Shown: positions 25,872 to 32,000 of the stretch, one piece after another
Layout: every line of letters starts with the position of its first letter
Numbering within the stretch: the stretch's first letter is position 1
Assembly: GCA_031269795.1 (NCBI GenBank)
Contig: JAISYR010000011.1
Location: 1-32,000, forward strand
Direction of reading: 5' to 3'
Origin: Puniceicoccales bacterium
GTDB lineage: Bacteria; Verrucomicrobiota; Verrucomicrobiia; Opitutales; JAIRKQ01
Length of the DNA: 32,000 nucleotides
Program-made: the position numbers and the translations under genes
Notes under the pieces: model-generated
Databases searched by the model: none
What the model was told of the DNA's origin: nothing
Seen by the model: only the letters and a program-made list of their open reading frames with translations

Positions 25872-26297
25872 TTACGCTTCCTGGACTTGAAAAAATGTAT
25901 CTCGAATTCCCGTAAATTTATTCGTAAATTTCGTCAGCCATTTAATTAAATCTTCTGCCGATTGGAGCTTGCTGAGAGCTATATCTTCGAACACGGTTAG
26001 TTGCAGTGTGTCAAACTCAAATCCGATACTTGCTCCCTTTGTCTGAATGAAATACATATTCATGGCCAAGGCTTTTACCAATTTTTCAATTGCATCATGT
26101 TCCTCTCCAAAATCAACCGGACAAAGCAATGAGCTAACAAATACCGTTGGATCTGCAAAAAATACTCCATCACTTAGAATTTCAAATTGAAACATGTTAT
26201 TTTCAGCCTGAAAACGGTAAACATTGAACATGTTGTCAAATAAGAACATATTGCTAAATTTATCTGTCAATTCCTTGCGTAAAGATAGTTCATCCAT
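25872..26297 (-). CDS. CesT/Tir-like type III secretion chaperone (putative)
   Basis: 141 aa, acidic. The central …KLVKALAMNMYFIQTKGASIGFEFDTLQLTVFEDIAL… resembles the LLxxNlf…g..lg.d……l.l core of class I chaperones. The gene lies immediately 5' of the lipase-like gene. Confidence 0.65.
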   Translation of the reverse strand: MDELSLRKELTDKFSNMFLFDNMFNVYRFQAENNMFQFEILSDGVFFADPTVFVSSLLCPVDFGEEHDAIEKLVKALAMNMYFIQTKGASIGFEFDTLQLTVFEDIALSKLQSAEDLIKWLTKFTNKFTGIRDTFFQVQEA

Positions 26298-26420
26298 ACT
26301 TGGAAAGCAATTGAAGCGATTTTGGCTAAAACGTCAAAAACAAAATAAATTTTTCCGGCATCTCGAAGAAGAATCAGCCATGGCGCACATCGTAATTATC
26401 TAAATTTATAAGGATCGAAG

Positions 26421-27002
26421 CTAGATCTTACGGGCATACTTTTTGGCATAATATTTGTAAATTTCACTGCAAATTACCCCCAAAAGCGGTCCCAAAATTA
26501 TTGCCCCAAGGGTTATGGTGGCAAATATGCGAACGGTAAATTTGCCATACTGCAGAATCGCATGTTTATCGAAGGTTGTAATCATGGGCAACATTTCCGC
26601 CCCTGCCCCAAGCCAATGCACCACATAAAGGCCTACTTTATATGTCACAGCCCAAAAGAAAAGGAATGTGGCAATGTTGGAAAGAATCGGCAAAAACATC
26701 AGAATGGCTACGTTTGCCCGACACACCAGGGCAGCAAAAAATGCAAGAATAATGTGCACCACATAGGGAAGTGGTGTTAGGGTTATTATCCACCCGATGT
26801 AAAATGCTGGTACCACCTCTGAAACCCTAAATGACCACAGGTAGGATCTTTTCCGAGCTGCATGGGCAAATTTATTCAAAACAGGATACCTGTGGATGGA
26901 CGACTTTCGTGGCATACGGCGCAGGAATTTCTTAACAAACCTAACGCGTTTAAACTTTGGATTTTTGTCGTCCGGATTTCCCTGTTTTTTATTCGTCATC
27001 AT
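26421..27002 (-). CDS. DUF2062-like small polytopic membrane protein
   Basis: 193 aa. Basic N-terminus followed by 3-4 hydrophobic helices. …AFYIGWIITLTPLPYVVHIILAFFAALVCRANVAILMFLPILSNIATF… resembles my recollection of the DUF2062 pattern. Confidence 0.6.
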   Translation of the reverse strand: MMTNKKQGNPDDKNPKFKRVRFVKKFLRRMPRKSSIHRYPVLNKFAHAARKRSYLWSFRVSEVVPAFYIGWIITLTPLPYVVHIILAFFAALVCRANVAILMFLPILSNIATFLFFWAVTYKVGLYVVHWLGAGAEMLPMITTFDKHAILQYGKFTVRIFATITLGAIILGPLLGVICSEIYKYYAKKYARKI

Positions 27003-27156
27003 TGGGAGTTATGCTTCAATAATCGATTTTAGCAACCCATCTTTTGATGATGGAAAAGATTTGTCGGGTAAGCCACGCGAAAATCCATACAAAATTAAAC
27101 GCTGTTGGGAAACTAATTTGTATAAGTTTTAAAATTTTTTATTAAAACTTAAAAAT

Positions 27157-27453
27157 TTAACTTTTTTTTTTGCTAAAAATTTGTACACCTGGCAGGCGTC
27201 GGAGTTTTGCACCATTTCCTGTGAACAAATGTAGCTGTCCTTGATCTTTCTGGAAGATTGATTTTTTCTCTGAAGGCTGGGACACCTTTCGAGAGGAAAG
27301 ACGTTTAGAAACCGAGGAAGTAATAGCCCCCAGCAATCCTGGAAAGTTATTAGCTTTCTTATATTGTATCGCTTTATAGGACAGAGAAGGGAACCCATAC
27401 ACTTCAGATCCCTTGTCCGCCATATTCGCGCCACTTGTAGCAATTATGCTCAT
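27157..27453 (-). CDS. small Ser/Lys-rich hypothetical protein downstream of a T3S chaperone
   Basis: 98 aa. ATG start with GTGGGGG about 8 nt upstream on the minus strand. The composition looks disordered. The competing overlapping ORF 27129..27443 starts at TTG and is Cys/Trp/Arg-rich, so it is less likely. Confidence 0.35.
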   Translation of the reverse strand: MSIIATSGANMADKGSEVYGFPSLSYKAIQYKKANNFPGLLGAITSSVSKRLSSRKVSQPSEKKSIFQKDQGQLHLFTGNGAKLRRLPGVQIFSKKKS

Positions 27454-27501
27454 TCAATAACCCCCACTTTTATGACGAAAAACAACTCGTAAATCTTCAC
27501 A

Positions 27502-27942
27502 CTATTGCTCTTCGTTTGCAATTAACTCCGCGTCTGTAGACATTTTTTCTAGTCGGGAAATCCAACTCTCAGTTACTTCTACAAAGAGAGCCAATCTCTC
27601 TTCAAAACTTTCTTTTCTCTTTAGGGGAAGTTCCATTGGAAATGCTAGCACGACAGTTTGGGTTTGTTTATCGATACCTATGGTAGCCCCTTGGGTGCCT
27701 TTCCAAAAAAGGTTTGATTCCAACAATGTCTCAAAAATTATCTCCCGTCCTTCAAAGGGGACTTCGCCAATGTAGGAATATATTATCAACAGTTCCTTTT
27801 CTACGTCTAATTCGATATTTAAAACAACCTTATCATCAAACAATAGTACGCAATGGTCATTTTCATCGAGAGCCAAACCAGGCAAATCCAGCGATTTACC
27901 AATCGCTTTCAACAATTCATCCACATATTTATGTAAATCCAT
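27502..27942 (-). CDS. CesT/Tir-family type III secretion chaperone
   Basis: MDLHKYVDELLKAIGKSLDLPGLALDENDHCVLLFDDKVVLNIELDVEKELLIIYSYIGEVP…ETLLESNLFWKGTQGATIGIDKQTQTVVLAF is a textbook class I chaperone pattern. The track start at 27948 is TTG, so ATG 27942 is preferred. Confidence 0.8.
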   Translation of the reverse strand: MDLHKYVDELLKAIGKSLDLPGLALDENDHCVLLFDDKVVLNIELDVEKELLIIYSYIGEVPFEGREIIFETLLESNLFWKGTQGATIGIDKQTQTVVLAFPMELPLKRKESFEERLALFVEVTESWISRLEKMSTDAELIANEEQ

Positions 27943-28185
27943 TTTCAAATACGTCTCGACGTTAGCCTAACATGATGCATGACTTTTCCTAAGAATCAAC
28001 ACTTTTATGAAATTAAATATAATTGCAAGCCCAAGATTGTATTCTTTGAAAAAAAACGTACAAAAAATCATCATTCGCAGATAAATAGCATAAAAGCGAT
28101 TATGTGGGCACATTTTCCATGTGCATTGTCGAAGCCTTCCGTCCAAATAAAATTACTGACTCTTGGAGGAAAAATCTTTTTTTGA

Positions 28186-30531
28186 ATGGCAATGGTGTCG
28201 AAAAAAGAATGGAAATTTTGGCAAAAAAAACAAAAAAGTGAGAAAAAGCGCCATGTGGCCTGGGGTACGGTAGTTTTCGTTTTGGCGGTATTGCTGCTCA
28301 TTGCGTTCATTGACTTCTCGCCGAATCAAACGGGATTGGTCACCACATGCACAGACGACCAAATGGTAGATCAAAATATTATCGGAGAATTTGGGGCCAG
28401 TGTGGTATTTTTTAGCATGAGATATTTCGGTTTTGCCGCATGGCTAATACCGATCACTCTGTTTATCGTTTCTCACATGCTCTTCAGGCCCGAAACAAAA
28501 CCTCTAAACAAGGGACGCGTGACTGCGTTGGTCATGATGTTTGTCAGTGCAACGGGACTGTTAGAGTATGTCCAGCGATATTGCCTATCGACGGAAACGT
28601 TTTTAAAATTTTCGAACAACAAATTTTCTGCAGGACTGGGAGGAACAGCCGGGTACTTTACATTTCACCATATGGCTGAAAGAATATTCGCCGCCACGGG
28701 AAGTGCTATTTTACTATTCTCACTCTTTGTTCTGTCCTTCCTATACCTATTTACGGCGAGTCTATCTTTGGATGGAGCACTGGAAAAAAATATCCAACGC
28801 TATGGATATTTTCGCACCATCATCTGGGGAGGCTTGAAATTTACCTGCATCACGTCATATAAATTAACAGCATGGGTCATAAAGAAAATTTTTTCCGCAA
28901 TGTCATGGATATTGCGAAAAATATTCCGCGTGGGTAATGGGCATATTCCCCAAACGAATACTAACTTTAACAAACATGATAAACATGCGGGCGAAAAAAC
29001 TTCTCCCCGCGAACATGGAGTGCCAAAGGGTGATTACATTTTACCCCCCATGGAACTATTGCAGCGTGCAAAAAAGACATCCAGTGACGATGACCACGCC
29101 GCCGTTTCCAAACAGCTGGTTGACACGCTAGCCCAATTTGGTATTGCCGTACATGCTGGAGAAGTCCACATCGGTCCCGTAATAACGAGATACGAAATTT
29201 CTCCTGCACCAGGCGTACGGGTGGAAAAAATTGTCAACTTGGACAAAAATATTGCCCTAAATTTACGGGCCCAATCCGTCCGGATTCTCGCTCCCGTTCC
29301 AGGCCGAGGATGCGTCGGTGTGGAACTTCCCAACCGCAATCCCCAAATGGTATGTCTGCGTGAAATCCTCGAGTCCAATGATTGGCGTACCATGAAGGCG
29401 GATATTCCCATTATTCTTGGGCGAGGGACAACGGGGGAACCCATGATCAATGATCTGTCGAAAATGCCCCATTTGCTTATCGCGGGTGCGACCGGATCGG
29501 GTAAGACCGTCTGCATAAATTCAATCATTGCGTCGCTGGTATATCATTCCACTCCCGATGATTTGCGGTTTATCATGGTCGACCCGAAAATTGTGGAAAT
29601 GCAGGTATTCAACAAATTGCCCCACATGCTCATTCCCGTGGTAACGGATCCGAAAAAAGTTCCCAACGCCCTGAAATGGTTAATTTCCGAGATGGAACTC
29701 CGCTATAAAATTTTTGCCCAATTGGGCGTTCGCAACATCGCTGGTTTCAACGCGAAGATTCTAAAAAATGCCGATGAAGTTGCCCGTGCCGAAGAGCTGG
29801 AACGGTCTCTTTCTCCCGAAGAACGTTCCGCCATGAGTGCTGCCATTCCCCAAAATCCAGAAAACGTCGATATTCCTAACCAAAGAATGCCGTACATTGT
29901 CTGTATCATCGATGAGTTGGCAGATTTGATGATGGTTGCTCCCGCCGACATAGAGACCTGTGTGGCACGGCTCGCCCAACTAGCCCGTGCGGCGGGGATA
30001 CATCTGATCCTTGCCACCCAACGCCCATCCGTAAATGTTATCACGGGCATCATCAAAGCAAACCTACCAAGCCGCATTGCATTTAAGGTGGCATCGAAGG
30101 TCGATAGCAGAACGATCCTCGATGCGGGAGGGGCGGAAGCGCTTCTCGGGAGAGGGGATATGCTTTTTCAACCTCCGGGGGCCAGTGGTTTGTTGCGTGC
30201 CCAGGGTGCTCTTGTTTCCGACGAAGAAATCAATAGAATTGTAGACTTTCTGCACGATAAAAATGGAGATCCGGAGTATGCCATGGACATCCATGCCCTC
30301 GTGGAAAATGGGGAAGAAACCGACAGTGCATTGGACAATGAAAACTGGGAAGATGACATGATCCCCCGGGCTTTGGAAATCATACGCAGCAATGATCGGG
30401 CTTCCATATCCTTCCTCCAGCGCAGACTAAAGATCGGGTATAACCGGGCGGCGAGGATCATGGAAACGTTGGAAGCCAAGGGGCTAGTGAGCAATCAAAA
30501 TAACCAGTCCTACGATGACGGTCCGGACTAA
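28186..30531 (+). CDS. ftsK: DNA translocase FtsK
   Basis: 781 aa. N-terminal transmembrane helices, Walker A GATGSGKT, Walker B IIDELADL, and a C-terminal gamma winged-helix (SISFLQRRLKIGYNRAARIMETLEAKGLV). Confidence 0.97.
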   Translation: MAMVSKKEWKFWQKKQKSEKKRHVAWGTVVFVLAVLLLIAFIDFSPNQTGLVTTCTDDQMVDQNIIGEFGASVVFFSMRYFGFAAWLIPITLFIVSHMLFRPETKPLNKGRVTALVMMFVSATGLLEYVQRYCLSTETFLKFSNNKFSAGLGGTAGYFTFHHMAERIFAATGSAILLFSLFVLSFLYLFTASLSLDGALEKNIQRYGYFRTIIWGGLKFTCITSYKLTAWVIKKIFSAMSWILRKIFRVGNGHIPQTNTNFNKHDKHAGEKTSPREHGVPKGDYILPPMELLQRAKKTSSDDDHAAVSKQLVDTLAQFGIAVHAGEVHIGPVITRYEISPAPGVRVEKIVNLDKNIALNLRAQSVRILAPVPGRGCVGVELPNRNPQMVCLREILESNDWRTMKADIPIILGRGTTGEPMINDLSKMPHLLIAGATGSGKTVCINSIIASLVYHSTPDDLRFIMVDPKIVEMQVFNKLPHMLIPVVTDPKKVPNALKWLISEMELRYKIFAQLGVRNIAGFNAKILKNADEVARAEELERSLSPEERSAMSAAIPQNPENVDIPNQRMPYIVCIIDELADLMMVAPADIETCVARLAQLARAAGIHLILATQRPSVNVITGIIKANLPSRIAFKVASKVDSRTILDAGGAEALLGRGDMLFQPPGASGLLRAQGALVSDEEINRIVDFLHDKNGDPEYAMDIHALVENGEETDSALDNENWEDDMIPRALEIIRSNDRASISFLQRRLKIGYNRAARIMETLEAKGLVSNQNNQSYDDGPD

Positions 30532-30639
30532 TGCCCCGCGAACCTAGGATTAAATGGGGATTTCGCAAAGCTTATACGGAAACTCATCGGTGCCTCACCG
30601 CCTTTCCCGGTTAGCCTATGGCCCCTTGCGTTTTGCCAA

Positions 30640-32000
30640 TCATAGGGCGGTCAAGGATTGCAGAGTGACGTGTTTCAACTGCTCTTCGTCGTTGACCATA
30701 ATTTTTATATGGCCAACATCTATGGTGATGCTCCCGTCATCTTCCACCTGTTTATGGGTACTAAGCCACGCTTGAAACTTTCGTTCCATATTTTCCTGGC
30801 ATTGTTCGAGCGCTGTTCCTTCTTCGCTTTCAGACAACCCCGAGCTCTTTTTGATAAACTCTATGGTTTTATTCAGTTCATTACGTATTGTTCTCAGTTC
30901 AGCGTTGAAAAGTAGCCCATCCAAATCGGTGGGAGTTTTTTTGGGTTTGTCACAATATTCCTTGTAGGCAGCCTTCAGCTTCCGGCGCAGGTTTGTACTC
31001 CCGGGAAAACTTCGATAGGCAATTTTAACCATTTGTTCAACGAACTCGGAGCCATAATATCCCCTAAGCTCTTGTAGCCGGCCGGCTGTAATTTCTCCGG
31101 TATCAGGATCCATCAGAACTCCATCTAACGCCGTTGCTACTCCGGAAAGCAAGGGATTATAGATTCTTGGGCTCCGGCCCACATTATTTCCTCCTATACA
31201 CCATTCCAAGGATGCAACTTGATGTTCCGGCTTGTTGCAGATTTCTAGAAGTCCTTCTATAACCTGCTTTCTACCAGCAACTTGTGCCCTTGCTGCCTCT
31301 TGCGCAGCACTTAATGCTTTTTTTCCCTCACTGGATTTTTGCGCATCGGTTAAATCAGAACATTTGACAGCACATGATTCCACAGTTCGGACCAAAGAAT
31401 TCAGCTCTACTAAAACCCCGGCTCCGGCTATTCTGGCTTTATCCGGTGGCTGATATGCCTGGAACGGGTCGACACCCGCATTCTTTCCCTGGAGTGCCTG
31501 CTGCCTCATGCTCTCATTACCCGTTATATATCCTTCCGTACTCACTCCGGCCATACAAAAGCCTCCTAATCGACTCCAGGTTGTCTCGGGAAAGCCAAGT
31601 TTTTCAAAAAATTCCCACATAGGAACAGTCTGGTCCTTTATTTCGTCACCACTCAACAGACCCGGCTGTCTCAAAATGGCTGCAATTTCTCCCAAAGTCG
31701 CTGCCCTTTTTGCACATAGCTCTACGTGCGCTTCACCGACCACCAGGGATGCCGTTTTATACCTTGCATTTCGTGCCGCCTCTTCTGGTGTTGCCGGCTT
31801 CGCTGGGGCTGCTGGGGCTTCTGTTTTCGGCGCTTCCGCCGGTGTTTCCGCTGGGGCCGGGGCCGGCTTCGCTTCTGCTGCTGGGGCTGCCGATTTCGTT
31901 GGGGCCGCTTCGGCTGCCGGCTTCGCTGGTGCCGGTGTTTCCGCTGCTGCTCTTGCCTCTTCTTCTGTCCCTGCCTCTAGGATCGCTGCATAATTGAGTC
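30640..32000 (-). CDS. hypothetical protein with Pro/Ala/Glu/Lys-rich repeat region; ORF open to the right window edge
   Basis: The track start at 31743 is GTG. My translation shows the frame stays open upstream to base 32000: LNYAAILEAGTEEEARAAAETPAPAKPAAEAAPTKSAAPAAEAKPAPAPAETPAEAPKTEAPAAPAKPATPEEAARNARYKTASLVVGEAHVEL…. There is no in-frame ATG in that stretch, so the true start is probably beyond the window. No family recognised. Confidence 0.7.
   Translation of the reverse strand, partial: LNYAAILEAGTEEEARAAAETPAPAKPAAEAAPTKSAAPAAEAKPAPAPAETPAEAPKTEAPAAPAKPATPEEAARNARYKTASLVVGEAHVELCAKRAATLGEIAAILRQPGLLSGDEIKDQTVPMWEFFEKLGFPETTWSRLGGFCMAGVSTEGYITGNESMRQQALQGKNAGVDPFQAYQPPDKARIAGAGVLVELNSLVRTVESCAVKCSDLTDAQKSSEGKKALSAAQEAARAQVAGRKQVIEGLLEICNKPEHQVASLEWCIGGNNVGRSPRIYNPLLSGVATALDGVLMDPDTGEITAGRLQELRGYYGSEFVEQMVKIAYRSFPGSTNLRRKLKAAYKEYCDKPKKTPTDLDGLLFNAELRTIRNELNKTIEFIKKSSGLSESEEGTALEQCQENMERKFQAWLSTHKQVEDDGSITIDVGHIKIMVNDEEQLKHVTLQSLTAL
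31790..31960 (-). repeat. imperfect GC-rich coding repeats (gccggcttcgctgg / ggtgtttccgctg units)
   Basis: gccggcttcgct recurs at about 31793, 31863 and 31916. ggtgtttccgctg recurs at about 31841 and 31935. On the minus strand these encode the PA(K/E)P-type repeats. Confidence 0.6.

Noticed and set aside
27124-27172. AT-only palindrome aagttttaa-N9-ttaaaactt plus a T10 run, considered as a terminator
   Set aside because: The stem is entirely A/T, so stability is very low. The T-run lies on the wrong side for the minus-strand genes and overlaps the Lys-rich end of the 98-aa ORF.
31508-31997. Three overlapping plus-strand ORFs (Ala/Gly-rich, Leu/Pro-rich, Cys/Arg/Trp-rich) at the right edge
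   Set aside because: They are frame shadows of the GC-rich repeat that encodes the Pro/Ala-rich region on the minus strand. That minus-strand frame continues into a long ORF of normal composition.
1-32000. Scan for CRISPR arrays, rRNA, IS elements/transposases, integrases, prophage genes and known defence-system genes
   Set aside because: I saw no regularly spaced direct repeats. None of the translated ORFs showed a recombinase, transposase or phage structural motif (DDE, tyrosine-recombinase R..H..R..Y, terminase, portal).

Overview
This window reads as chromosomal DNA from a Chlamydia-like bacterium, roughly 40% GC by eye. I place it in phylum Chlamydiota, probably an environmental lineage rather than Chlamydiaceae. 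That placement is inferred from gene content and order, not from any search.

Conserved housekeeping blocks:
- a tRNA-Leu(GAG)/tRNA-Pro(UGG) pair
- a short cell-wall/division operon, mraY-murD-(4xLysM lipoprotein)-ftsW
- clpC-ligA
- divergent dnaN-waaA-SpoU/TrmH methyltransferase-lpxI
- ftsK

Between these blocks lie lineage-specific genes that I cannot assign and that look like secretion substrates:
- an edge-truncated ORF with a Gln-x5-Cys peptidase-like motif
- a small autotransporter
- a poly-Pro protein
- an Inc-like coiled-coil membrane protein
- a lipase-fold protein directly behind a CesT-like type III secretion chaperone
- a second CesT-like chaperone followed by a small Ser/Lys-rich ORF
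- an edge-truncated Pro/Ala-repeat protein

The most system-like unexplained locus is 12.2-15.5 kb. It holds two tandem copies of a unit made of a conserved leader plus a roughly 380-aa gene of unknown function. Their DNA is mosaic: patches of about 97-100% identity sit next to barely alignable segments. One copy carries a small acidic partner gene, and the other appears to keep only a remnant of that gene's ribosome-binding site and start codon.

I recognised no CRISPR array, rRNA, transposase, integrase or phage structural gene. All identities, counts and alignments are by eye, and no database search was possible.
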